Positions 26,360 to 38,700 of a DNA stretch of 64,000 nucleotides are shown here, piece by piece; positions within the stretch are counted from its first letter, which is position 1, and each line of letters starts with the position of its first letter. Under the pieces are notes generated by a model. That model saw only the letters and a list, made by a program, of their open reading frames with translations, did no database searches and was not told the origin of the DNA. This DNA comes from Balanoglossus misakiensis (taxonomy: Eukaryota; Animalia; Hemichordata): assembly GCA_040954595.2 (NCBI GenBank), contig CM082594.2, positions 11,660,276 through 11,724,275 of the forward strand, written 5' to 3'. Position numbers and translations under genes: made by a program.

Positions 26360-28690
26360 CTGAAAGATACAATACATGAAGACGATTTTGACCTTAGTAA
26401 AGTCCGTGTGACGCTGCCGCCGCCGTGTTGGATGAAATTCGCCTGTGCTGGTTGGGCACTGACACTGTTGTTGTCCCAGGGAAAGCGCAACCATTCAGAG
26501 TGTGAATGTCTATCTTGCCACCAACAACGAAGATTTCTTTAGATAATGCCCTATGATAATTAACACAATTTAGAGTATTTACAATACAAATATAAATTGA
26601 AACTATTTCTTCGGCCCCAGTGAAAAGAATACGAAGACTATAGTTGCACCTGTTTCGTTAAACAAACGAATATTGGTTTTTTGTTCTGATGCGACAACAG
26701 AAATGTGCATGTTAAGAGTGTGGTGTTTGCCAACTTGAAGTAGTCAAGTAAATAGTGTTCTTTACAATTCCGTAGTAAGTGGAAAAAACATCAGCGGCTT
26801 CTTGGTGGCATCACCGTCGCTCCTGTGCATGTGGAGGGCGAGGGGCCGCAGAATGGTGGAATGTTATATGCAAATTGGTTGAACACACCGTCACACCTGG
26901 TTGGAGTGTCTGTTGGCAACATCCATATCTGACATTGTGTCTTTTGCTGAAACATTGGCAAACTGGTACACAAAATTCGCCAAACTACCAAATACCACGA
27001 AGAGGAGGTTTAGCTAACATGCGACAGTTTAGTTGAAGGTTACCACTTACCTGTCCGTTGATTCAGAATAGCTGTGGTCTTCCGAACGCTGTTTTTTTCT
27101 CACCCGGTGACACTTTCCCGACGCGCCACGTATTTGTCCACTATACCCCGACAACACTCCACACGGCTTTGAAGTCTCAGAATATTTTCCCCTTTTCTGA
27201 CGGGGTCACAGTTTAGTTTTACTTAACTTGTATGATGAGGACAGTCGCTAGTCGAAAGAGACAATCCCAAACGCCGTCTCCACACTTTCGACGGTGACTT
27301 GCAATCTTTTCTGTGTACTTCAGTGTCACCTATCTTCACCTTAACGCACGATTTTATATTTCATGCTAGGGGGTCAAACTATATTATAATAATTGCATTA
27401 TGGGTAGAAAAGTAGACATCTCCAGTTACAGACTGTCGGTATGTATTACTCGGTGTATTTCTTAATTTTCTTTCTTTGTGGTCAACTAATTCCATTTTGT
27501 TACTTTTTAGTCCTTTTTACCGTATGCATGCAATTCATGAGACCCGGGTTAATGGTTAAACAGAAATCCGTCATCTTGAAAGTTTTTAGACTGGGTGGGA
27601 ATATTATCACTCATACAGGTCGTGAGTTAGGGTTGCACTATTTGCTGACGCCGAGTCAATATTTGCCCATGCGTGGTCTACTTAGACCTGCACAACAAAG
27701 CTATTATATAACACTCACCTGAAGTCCTTTCACAAAATCAGTCACAACAGCCTACAGTAAGTTCAACAGTACCAGAGTACAATTTTAATAATTAACCAAA
27801 TATAGGGGGGAAATTACAATAACGAACTGTTCAACAACTTAGAAAAGGCGCCAAGTTTATGCCATCATAGATTCTCTCTTTAAAAAATTTCTGAAAATCT
27901 TTCCCAGAGACGCATACTACTTTAAATGACCAAAGTTCACGTCAACAGCACTAGTCAATGACGGTTTTACGCTGTCATAATAATTTAAATATAATACTTC
28001 ACACTAATTACTAATATATCTATATTTTAAATTGAGACGGGTGACTTCAGCCGCATATTTGATGTACAAAGTCAAAGTATAACGCGATGAATAATAATTG
28101 TCGCCACCACCACCACTCCCCCCCCCCCTTTGATAAATATATAATTGTCTCAAGCGCCCTCTTCTGGCAATGTCGACTTCACAGTACACATTCATACACA
28201 CTGTTCCATTGTGATTGGCGTCAAACTGAGAAGATAAAATTCTCTAGATTAACAAATTTTTACATTACATGTATTATTTCCTATACCGGAAACAGTAAAA
28301 TGACATTTTACAGTGTTGCGAACTTGAAAACTTGCACACGTTTGCTATACTAACACGCACAGCGAAGTTCAAAAACAACATTTATGATCGAGAATACATT
28401 TAAATTCACAGATGATTAATAGTGTCTATATAATAATACATTTTGTAAAATATTGTTGCTATATGCTAGAATAATATTAATACATTAACAAGAAGTTCAA
28501 AGTTCAAAAATCGATATGAACTGACTTAAGTTAGCTATCGTCTCATTACGCTTGTACCAAGCCACCGTCAAATTTGGTATATGTGATACCGTATATGATA
28601 ATCGTTGGGCTTAAAATTTGTATCACCATCTTAGTGAGTGGTCACGTGATCAGACAACGAGAAACAAAGTCAAGTCCGCCTTGGTCACGT

Positions 28691-29824
28691 TTACTTAGTG
28701 GTGTTTTGTTGAGTTGTTTGACTGGATGATACCTTGGTACTATCTGTCTTGCCGCTGATCTCTCCACTGTTGGACTTGATATGTTTGGCGGTGGGTCTGG
28801 TTTGAGGTTTGCTGCTGACGCTTTTCTGTTCGCAGCAACTCTCAAAACAGGGAAACATCTTGTAGAATTCTTTTCGGAAGTTGGCATTGAAATAGGCGTA
28901 CAGGAAGGGATTGATACAACTGTTGGCCATATACAGGAAATTTACAATGTGCCACTGAAACTCTAGGGTTGCGTACATAAAAGGAGGCCTTCCAATCAAT
29001 GGCTGGGTAAAATTATATAGCTCGTAGCTGTAAAACGGGAGCCAGCAAAACGTAAACAAAATGACGACCAACGACAACATTTTGACTGCTCGTCTTTTGT
29101 TGCGGTTTGAAGAACTTGAAGGGCCCTTCTTAAACCACAAAGAGGAAATCATGACTGCATAAAGTGCGAGTATTATTAGCAGGGGACAGAGATACATAAA
29201 ACCAAAATCAAACATTCTTGACAGCTTGAAATAATAACTATATCGACGATTGATGAAGCAGTAACGATTCTCTTCATTACGAAAGTTAACTATCGTTTCA
29301 ACGCGGTAGAAAATTGGTCGATAGCTAGAATAGGCAAAGGAAACCACCCAGATGACAACGATAATACCAACTGCCTGCCGGTGGCTTATTCTGGGTTTCA
29401 GGGGCTGCACAATCGCCCTGTAACGATCAATGGCTATGCCTACAAGGGAAAACACAGTGGCACAGCGGGCGACCCATTGCATCAGAGCGAAAAATCTACA
29501 GAAAAACTCCGAAGAGTTCAATATTCTAAATACTGCTGGCAAATACTCGCTTATAAAAAAATAAGGAACTTGGAAAAGTCCCACTAAAATATCAGATGTC
29601 GATAAAGAAATTATGAAAAGATTGGTTGGCGATTGTCGCAGCTGAGGTTGACGAAAGACAGCAACAATCACCCAGAGATTGCCGACCAGGACAAGCACAA
29701 ATACCACGCTGAACACCAACATTTCATACTCGTCAGGAATCATAATAAGAGGCGGTATACCAAGCAGTCTCGGAAGGCCGACGTCGTCTGGCGCCGTATC
29801 GTTATTGCTTGTCGTGTTGTCCAT
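28691..29824 (-). CDS. Class A GPCR, neuropeptide-receptor-like, paralog of the 15285-16340 gene, intronless CDS, ~377 aa
   Basis: GN (TM1), LSTSD (TM2), DRY, FCWLP, NSCINPFLY. Shares long blocks with the first GPCR (RCATVFSL.GI.IDR.RAIVQPL.P, SSNRNKR.A.KML, NPFLYAYFN.NFR.EF..MFPC). ATG lies 18 nt after acceptor ttctttctcacag. Confidence 0.93.
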   Translation of the reverse strand: MDNTTSNNDTAPDDVGLPRLLGIPPLIMIPDEYEMLVFSVVFVLVLVGNLWVIVAVFRQPQLRQSPTNLFIISLSTSDILVGLFQVPYFFISEYLPAVFRILNSSEFFCRFFALMQWVARCATVFSLVGIAIDRYRAIVQPLKPRISHRQAVGIIVVIWVVSFAYSSYRPIFYRVETIVNFRNEENRYCFINRRYSYYFKLSRMFDFGFMYLCPLLIILALYAVMISSLWFKKGPSSSSNRNKRRAVKMLSLVVILFTFCWLPFYSYELYNFTQPLIGRPPFMYATLEFQWHIVNFLYMANSCINPFLYAYFNANFRKEFYKMFPCFESCCEQKSVSSKPQTRPTAKHIKSNSGEISGKTDSTKVSSSQTTQQNTTK

Positions 29825-31585
29825 CTTTGAAGTTTTCACGCCCTGTGAGAAAGAAACGAAAGCAGACGCTTATCTCAACAAAGGTGGCAGCAGCAGTCAT
29901 GAAAGATTATTGTGAACCTGAAATACTACTAGGCCTTTCCAATAGCGAGCACAGATAATCGGCATATTATATTTTATAAATATTCCACTTTTACTACTCT
30001 AATACTAACTTTAAAAAGGAACTTGCCTTCTCCAATGCGTGGCGACATTCAGTTTATCTACGAACTATCTTTCAGAACTACGTATTCGTTACCAAAAACA
30101 AAAAAATTAAAAAGTATACGGAAGAAATAAGAGCGATAGAAATTTGGGATGGCACTGAGAGTTTGTGATTTTCAAGTTACCTGACCGTCTTCCTGCCTCC
30201 GTTGGAGGAACGGTCGAGTAAAAGATGCCAACGGCACTGAGACGACGGAGCCGGTGAAGATGATCAGTGTTTACGCCGCGTGAAAGGTCGAACATACTCA
30301 TAAAACTGGTAAAATAGATGTTACATAGTGACAGTAAACGTGACCTACCTAGTAGTCTGTGTTAACAAAACTGGAACGCAAAATAAGCACGACAAAGGAA
30401 CCAAATGAAAGTCATTAGCAGAAGTCTCTCGGTTTTCGATGTTTGCTTGCGCAAAATTTCGATTTCACACGAACAGCACGTAGGTTCGAAATACTTGATA
30501 GAAGGCAACCAAGGAAGCTTCCTTGTGCGGTGAACCTGAGCAGACTGAAAATTGACAATCTCCCAAACCTTTTTAAAAGCGTGGTTTTCAATGACATTAG
30601 TCTGCAGCGAGGATCTTCCATTGAAACGTGTAAAAAAGTTATTCACAAACCTAGGTGTATTTCTTTATCTATGATCAGAGCGAAGGACTTAGATTTCATA
30701 AAGATTTTGGCACCGTTGTCTTTGTATAGATGAGCTGTTTCTGACATTGCTTGGAGGCACCCGCAAATGCTCAGGCAACAGATGACCAGCGGCCGGTTTC
30801 TTTAGTCAATCAAACATAATCGATATCGAGACATTTCCACTCGGATCGATGCGGAATCGTGAAAGACTCGTATCTAGCGCAGCAGTTACCTTTTGAACAA
30901 CTGAACAATGATTGTGATAGAACTGAGACTCCTCGATATTCAGACATTTTTTTCTTAATGTCTAAAGTTCAGACGTCAAAAGAGGAAGTACGATTTTGTT
31001 TTACTTCTATCAGGTATAATACATTCATTTGCAAGGTGGAGACGATGGGATATGTCCTTCTCGATTCTTTTCATATAGGCCTATTGCCGCTCCAGACCCT
31101 TCTTGTCAGAATTTGAGGTATTCAATCCAATGGTGTCATCAAAATATGGTGGCGATCAGACAGGGCTGTAGGTCTCTTCATTTTGGAAACAGAACACCCA
31201 CGGCAGTTCTTTTTTACAAGATTCTCAATTCTCTCACCTACCGTTCGTTGCGGTTGTTTCCCGTTATTGTTTTCGGTTTGGAATGAACATTGTGAAAGGC
31301 TGGTCCTGTAAAGCGCCCCGATCAAGACTTGTCACTGACCGCAGATGTTATCGGCAGTCACACAATATACCAATGAGACTCTGACGAATTTCAAAAAGAA
31401 TTGGATGTCTTCTGCGCATTGATCTGTTATATACTGCTGTGCCGCTTGCGAACTTTTGGTAAACAAGTGTAATTTCATCATCATCTGTTCAGAGGTCACA
31501 TGACAAAACTTGGAGAAGGTACATCATATCACTTGACAGCTTTTGTGAATGGTTAATTTTCTCATTAAAAGGGGTCGTTTGGTCC

Positions 31586-31760
31586 TAGACTCTCTCACAG
31601 CCCACGGTTCGCTACAAGGCTCTTCACTGATGCGCCCCCAACTGTTTAGCAAAGGAGAAGCCCCATATGGTGTTGTGTAGCGAACCCTCTCGGTGGGCAC
31701 ACATGCAATCAGTCCACTGCAAGCCTGCATGGACAACGAAAGGGGCTGTGAGAGAGTCTA
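31586..31760. mobile_element. MITE, 175 bp, 18-bp perfect TIR TAGACTCTCTCACAGCCC, 9-bp TSD GTTTGGTCC
   Basis: tagactctctcacagccc at 31586 and gggctgtgagagagtcta ending at 31760. GTTTGGTCC occurs at 31577-31585 and 31761-31769. Confidence 0.88.
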
Positions 31761-31829
31761 GTTTGGTCCATGCTCACTTACTGATACTCACTGGTACTCT
31801 CATTAATTTCATTACCATGCATTCATCGA

Positions 31830-33395
31830 TCAAGTTGAGTTTAACCCACCTTTACTTTTACGTGGTAACCCGAGTGCTGGTTGATCTCTTGCACGCGATC
31901 TGCCAACTCGATTCCTTTTCCGTTTGTTGAGAACAGTTTCAAAGTCATCGTACATGTCGAGTGATTTCTTGGTGCCCTGTCCGTACAATGACGCCTCACC
32001 ATCCAATTCGCCATCATCAGCGTCAACATGATAGTCATCAATTTCGCCATAGCTACCGTCATTGCTATTGCGGCGAAATCGTTCTTTGGTGGACAGACAA
32101 GTGGGTGTTTGATCATGAGACTGACCAACTGCAAAGCTCTTGTTGTGGTCGCTAGAATTTCCGACTTTGACGACAGAGAAGTCAGGACATCTCACACCAG
32201 TGGCAAGGCCTGATGCTGCGCGAATTTCATTTTCTTGGAGCGAGCCCTCATCTCTCTTGCTCATGGCGGTGACGTCGGCAAAGGATTTGCCGCATGATGT
32301 CGATGACGGCCTAGCGAGAGATTTAAGCACACCAAGCGGACCCTGAAAACACTGCTGGTTTTCCTTGAACACGATCAACAGATCTTCGTCGAATCCATCT
32401 GTGGTATTGATAGTATCAAGCTGTTTCAGGCGTTGTTTTGTTTCCTTGCGTGTCGACAACAGCTGCCCGGCGTTTCCATATCGTGCCAGTTTATCCAAAT
32501 ATTCGAATGTGCTGCCCATGTCATCTTTTTTACTTCTCGCATCAGATATTTCACTCTGTAGCCCTTTCAGTTTCCCACTGTACTTCACGTTCAGGTCGTC
32601 TACCAACAATTTTTCTTGCTCTTTCACTTTCTGTATGACTTTGTCCCTGTACTTAACGATTTCGGATTTTTCACGTTCGTAGGATTTCTGTATTTTTTTA
32701 CAAGAATTTTCCATCAAGTTTATTTTCTTCTGGAGTTTTGCTTCTTTTTCTTTCAACATATCCGTTTCTTTGCACAGTACCTTTAAATATTCTCCCTTGG
32801 CCTCGTTGAGATAGGTTAGCTTGTGATCTTCGCCTCTGTGGTTCATCACGGCACATTCCATACAGATGGGAACGCCGCACTTCTCGCAGTAGAACTTTAG
32901 GTGATTGTCGCAGTGATCCGTGCAGCGTACAGCGGGAAGCTGGAGGCTTTGGTCGGTGGACTGTGCCGCGGAGTATTCCCCGCGTTCCATGATGTGATGG
33001 CCCCTGGTGACGGGCACATTCTGGTGCACTTTCACGCACAGGGCTCCTAAATTCATGGCGCAGTCAATGCACCTTTTAACAACACTCTCCTCTTTGCACG
33101 CTTCGCAAATCTCCTCCTCTGCAAGTTTTCTCTTCTGCATGCAATCCACTAAACTATTTATGAAAGGGTTGCTCTTCAGGTGTGAAACGCCCCCTTCTGG
33201 GACCTCGATCTGGCGACGACACAGTGGACAATCCAGCGAGCCATGCTGCTCTAACCATTCTGATAGACATCTCTGGCATGAACTGTGAAGACAGGGAAGT
33301 ATCATCGCATCTTGATACTGCTCCAGGCAAATTGGACAGGTCAAAAAATTACCGTCAATTTCGTTCAAAATCTCTGAGTCCTTTGAAGCCGCCAT
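31830..33395 (-). CDS. TRIM (RBCC) E3 ubiquitin ligase-like protein with a TRIM56/TRIM45-type N-terminus, intronless, ~521 aa
   Basis: RING C3HC4 (CPIC...PCLHSSCQRC...CPLC), B-box1 (CEAC...RCIDC...C..VH...HH), B-box2 (CTDH...FYCEKC.VPIC..C...NH...H), long K/E-rich coiled coil, low-complexity tail. First ATG in the ORF is at 33395 (MAASKDS). Confidence 0.9.
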   Translation of the reverse strand: MAASKDSEILNEIDGNFLTCPICLEQYQDAMILPCLHSSCQRCLSEWLEQHGSLDCPLCRRQIEVPEGGVSHLKSNPFINSLVDCMQKRKLAEEEICEACKEESVVKRCIDCAMNLGALCVKVHQNVPVTRGHHIMERGEYSAAQSTDQSLQLPAVRCTDHCDNHLKFYCEKCGVPICMECAVMNHRGEDHKLTYLNEAKGEYLKVLCKETDMLKEKEAKLQKKINLMENSCKKIQKSYEREKSEIVKYRDKVIQKVKEQEKLLVDDLNVKYSGKLKGLQSEISDARSKKDDMGSTFEYLDKLARYGNAGQLLSTRKETKQRLKQLDTINTTDGFDEDLLIVFKENQQCFQGPLGVLKSLARPSSTSCGKSFADVTAMSKRDEGSLQENEIRAASGLATGVRCPDFSVVKVGNSSDHNKSFAVGQSHDQTPTCLSTKERFRRNSNDGSYGEIDDYHVDADDGELDGEASLYGQGTKKSLDMYDDFETVLNKRKRNRVGRSRARDQPALGLPRKSKGGLNST

Positions 33396-33640
33396 TCTTG
33401 TATTGGAATACTTAACTGTCCCGTGGTTTTCAAGTCTTCTTTGAGTCGATACAGTATTACCTTCTGATGTCAAAATTAATGTCCTGGATCGAATTAAACC
33501 GAAAACAAAGGCAAAATAGACTAAATTACAACACAACACTGCATTTTGATATTAAATCGATGGCTGTGTGACTAAGACTTGTCAGTTGTATGGTAAACTT
33601 AAAGCACACTGCAGTTAGAGGGTCGTCAGAACAGCGACCA

Positions 33641-33673
33641 GGGAATTTCCCCGAACTGTAATAAATGACGTCA
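33641..33673. promoter_or_regulatory. Candidate NF-kB site (GGGAATTTCCCC, 33641-33652) plus CRE (TGACGTCA, 33666-33673) upstream of the TRIM gene
   Basis: Exact matches to the GGGRNWYYCC and TGACGTCA consensus sequences ~250-280 bp upstream of the TRIM ATG. Function is inferred. Confidence 0.5.
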
Positions 33674-35739
33674 CTATGCTTATTTTGTCATTGTTCCACA
33701 GAATCTATGTAAAAACACTTCGTGTTTATCAACTTGCAGCAGAATGTAAAAAAATGTAGAGCGACTACAATTTTGTTTGCTCTAAGGCGAACGAGAGTAC
33801 ATGTAAGCTCTATAAATATGAGATTTCCAACGCATCTGACATACGAACAAAATTGCAAGACTGCTTTCGTTTTGTATTCCATGAACCGGACATGCGCAAT
33901 GGAGCTATTGACGTTTGAAATTACTACCTATATATCATCTATACCGGTAGCAGATTGGAATCGATAGCCCACCTTACTATTCATTGCAGCTTTTTATTTA
34001 ACTTTTCATTTAACTTAATGGCGCCCTCAATCTCAAGTAACCCAAAACGTTCGCTTTTCGGTGAATTCTGTTGAAATTGTAGGCCTACATTAAAGGTAAT
34101 ATCAGTGGTTCCGCTATAAACTCATGAAATTAGATATAAGCTCAGGGAACCACAGTCACGACCATGCCTTAGTCTGCGTCGTGACCCCTTTGTATCTACC
34201 CTCTGGACCCAGGCTGCTCTGTATGTACCTGATATATCTTCGCCCTCTGCATCTACCTCGCATGCCATCACGATCAGCGTTTCCAGGACATCAATCAATC
34301 AACATAGCGACCTCCCCCTCATCACAGTCTCATGACGTCATAACATGGCCGAATGTTAATAAGGAAAGAGGCTACTGTATCTTGCCGTCGCGGAGATTCG
34401 GCGGTTTCTGTTAAAACAACCTACAACAGTATCTAAAACATTTAGGACCACAAAGGTATGTTTCTTGTTTGACTTTATGTGACTTTTAGTGAACCCGAAG
34501 AGTATTTTTCTAAAAGAACTCTTACTCAGAAGATGTGACAAGCGAACGCTAGGTGTGATGGTTGTTGATGTTGGGGAGCCCAACATCCAAAAAGGCTTGT
34601 TCTTGCTTTTAATATATGTGTATTTTTTTACTAATTTGAAATATTTTGTGATGTTTGTGTATTAAATAATCTTGACAATATAATTGCCAATTATTGTAAG
34701 TTAAAAGCACTCTGTACGCGTTACTGATGTGCAATCCAGTTTATATATGTTTCATGACAGTCGTTGTAATATCGTCGTCCCGTCCGTCTGTCAAACGCGC
34801 ACACCGCAGACTCTAGAGGCGTTCCTCAGGAAAGAAAAAAACACTTTCACCCAAAACTTCAACAATATGGTTGAGTAATTTTTGTTCTGAAATCTCAAGA
34901 TATAAAAGTAGAAATTATTTTTCAGTGTTTGAATTATATTAGTAGCGAAAGCGCGAGGAATTGTAATGTAAGTCTATCGTGTATCAGTGTCATATTTCGA
35001 CACTCACACAGTGCGTTCGCTATCGATCAATACATCGCTTTTTACCTCAAAAGGCCTCCGTCTTTCTGTTGTCCTTGCAAATTATTTATGCATCGCCGTC
35101 ATATAATGTATTTGTCGACTTTTTTCTCGCCAATTTTTCCATTTTTCCGTCTTTTTTGTACCGTACCGTTTTGATGACAAAATTAATTTATGCAAATTTA
35201 AGCGTACGCGTACCTTTCATTGGAATGGACATACAAAGGTGTACATTTTGAGCCTATATTTGTCTTTTCGTACGGTATTTTTGACAGTATTAAAATACAA
35301 CACCATCAATTGTAAAATATAAATATCTTTCTATACCCGTAACCATGAAACCAATTTGAAAATACACGAGTTTATATATTTCATTTCTTGTTTACATATA
35401 TTCCCTAATATATGGTGAAAAGAGCTTGACTAAAAGTCTTAAAATAGCCATGAGATGGTGGACTTTTTTCATTTAGCCACCCAAGTGAAAATCTGTGATT
35501 GGCTTGGTCACTTCTCCTCTCCATGGTAACGACATTTGCATAGAGTGACCTCTATACCTAAGTCCTTAACTTATCAATGTGTTTTTTTAGTTTTCATTTT
35601 GTGACAAAGAAAATCACAGGACTTATTTCCAGACAATCAAACAACTTTACATTTTTATTTCTGTTTCATTACTTTCAGATAATTCAACATGGGTTGAACA
35701 CATTGGCATAGAATTTTAATTGTCCGGCAAGCAATAATA

Positions 35740-38700
35740 ATGCCTGGAGGACAGTGGGACCCTTGGAAGGTTGAACAAGAAGATCTTCCCTTCCAAGATG
35801 AGAACAGTCCCAGTAAGTTAATCCAAATGAAACACACCCACAGCAATCACTATATTGACATGATTGCAAGAGATGAAACTGATGAAGGGATGGTATTTGA
35901 AGGGACGTCACCCTTACAGATTCCTTTTCCATCGACAAGTGGGCCAACCAGTGTACCATACTCGACAAATCTGGATATGTCCATGAATAATGATTTAGTA
36001 GATTTGTCGAAACCACTGAAAGGCTACCCTCTTCGGAAAGGGATCTCCAACATCAGCCTGGACAGCCTTAATGACAACTACATCGAATCGAGCGACACCT
36101 TAAGAAACTCTTCGAGAGAGAACTCATCTGCAGAAGGAAGCCTTGAAAATTTATTGGAACTAAGCAGAGAGATCCAAGATTATGGAAGTGAGGAGTTTTC
36201 AGATTTCGAGAGGTGGAACAATTTCGTTAATCTGACAAAGAGTCAACGCCCGGCCAATTACAGAGGAGGTTCCAGTAGTAGCCAGGATGAGGACACAAAC
36301 TACGTGGATGAGAGTGATGAAGAGTCTGGTGCTATTACCCCAAGAGGAGACTTTTCCCAACGAGAGCCTTTGCCTCCAAATCCTAACTTTCATTTGCCCT
36401 TGAAGAGTAAGAGTATTTCAGCCCAAATTCACAACCAGTTGTACGGCCCTGTAATCAACTCGGCTCCTGCGGGTGAAAATGCATCAAGCAACTCCACAAT
36501 GAGCATAGCAACCACCGGTTCCTTGCGATCAGACATCACAGCCAGTCCAGAGAGCTACGATATGCTGTACAGGAGTTTTGAGATCGCTGCGATGATCGAC
36601 CATGAGGACAGAAAACACGGCAAGACATTGACCCCGTCTGTTCCGAACATTGAAATGCTGTCGCCAAAACTGCAGAGGCTTCGACAGGTCAGCGCTGAAT
36701 TTTCATCTTCTCCCCAACCAAATTTCTGCGCCTTCGGAGAAAGTGCGAAAAAGGCAGAGTGGGGTGTGAAACAGGATACTGAAAGCAGTGAAAGCAGAAA
36801 GGTAACGTTTGCTGATCTGGCACAACAGAAGAAGAAACACGAACAAGAAAAGGAAGATGTTCGACCGATGTCACTGCCCGTTGTTACAGAAACGCGTCAA
36901 CATTGGACAGAGTTACTGAGTTCTACAAAGACTCCTGATTTTGTCAAGCAGGTCAAACAGCAGACGGATGGTCTCTCACCCAGAAGACCTCAATCACTTC
37001 CTTTGGGACTCAGGCACGTCAAGAAACCAGCAAGTCGGCCATTCCCCAAAGATGTTACCCCCGAAAGTTTCAATAGTTTTCGGCAAGAGGAACCAACAGA
37101 ATGTCTTGCACCAGAACTTGGTGTCGTCAGAACGTTTAGCGCTCCTGAAGGGTTTGAACGAGCTGAAGAAATCCTGGTGGAAGAGAAATGTTATGATAGC
37201 GTTGACAACCTAGGTAAGTTTCTTCTTTTCATTCATTTTGCTGAAAATCTACAGTTCGTCAAAGTGTTCTCAGTCCAAGTTTGTCAAAATTAACACTGTA
37301 CTGTAGTTCTGATAACATTCTTTTGACAATAAGCTTAGGTGGATTGTAGATAGTAAAAACTGTCTTTTTATTTCCCAAGAGAAGGTCTTGAAGGGATCCA
37401 GAACAGAAATGTATGAGTACATAACTGATCAGACCCTTCCTAACACCTTCTATAATCAGCAGTATCACTATTTCAGTGACAATTCTGCAGCGATGATCCT
37501 TGCTCGGGAAAATTCAAATCAGACTTTGTTCCGGAAATTAAATGCAAGGTCAATGAGACAGCTAATGGATGATTGGCCCGTGAGTCATCCTTGTAAGATT
37601 ATCCCTCAGTCTACTCAAGACAGGCTTGAGAAAAAAATGTGAAAAATTCAGCTTTACATGGGGATAATAATTCTATTTTCAATTATAGTTTAGTTAGATA
37701 GTGGATTTCAGCATTGCTCTGTAAGGGACATATTTATTTCATTACTTTACAAATGTCTCAGTGGGATAAGATGCAATGAACAACATATTCTTTCATCGCA
37801 AAAAAAAAATATTTTTTATCAACTTCTGAGATTTTATTTTCATATTTTTCCATGGAATGTCTTGTCGCGGATGTTAGGCAGCCATTATACATCATCTTTC
37901 TGTAATTATGGTAGCTTTATTTTTAGCGAGGCTGACCCCCCACCCCCTCCCATTGTTCGAAACAAAACCCCAGACATCAGACTGGCTATCAAAACATCTA
38001 TTTGTCAAAGGATGCTTCTGTTGACCGCTGTGAATATAAAAAAGGGCTGCATGTACTCTCTGTTGAAGACAACTTCTCATTCTATTCTGCTGTGTGATCA
38101 TGAATAACTGAGCCAAACAGGACAAAGAGGGCAATATTTCTTAACAGAAAAAAATATTTAACCCTTCTGATAACAGTTTTAAATACTAAAGTGTTCTGGA
38201 AATAAATAAATACTGTTCTAAAACACCCTCCTACTATTAAGAAAAGATTTAAAAAATACGATTTCTCTCCTAATGGAGTGACACGCGCGTTACAGACACT
38301 AGTTTGCCCTTTTAAGTTGGACTCAAACCAGCCACAGAGAATTTTGTTATTTAATATACAGTAGTCAGTATTATAGCATGACCCACTGAACTGAGTATTC
38401 TAAAATATTTCATGAATTTGACACCAGAATGACTTCACGCATGCAGCATTTGTAGAGAGATTGTTATGATCCATATGTTACTAAATCTACGTAAATAGTG
38501 ATTTCTGCCATTTTATATGAATCTTTTGAAAATATTTATAGCTTTGGTTTGTTTCTTAAGGATATAATTTGATTTTGAGTAAATGGTCACTGGTGTATAT
38601 GGACGAATTTATTGAAAAACGAAATCCATTTTGCATCAGCATGTTTACCACGTAATAAAACCTTGTCTGGCCCCAGAATCAACCACATTTACAGTATGTG

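Noticed and set aside
33396-33539. N-terminal extension of the TRIM ORF (likewise the TTG/GTG starts listed for the GPCRs and the Kelch gene)
   Set aside because: The ORF track uses non-ATG starts. In this eukaryotic context these segments are UTR or intron.
37388-38107. Possible extra RUSC exons (~37476-37579 and ~37928 onward)
   Set aside because: The open frames would need phase-2 or phase-0 entry, whereas the upstream exon ends in phase 1. Phase-1 readings hit stops, so they are unsupported without transcripts.
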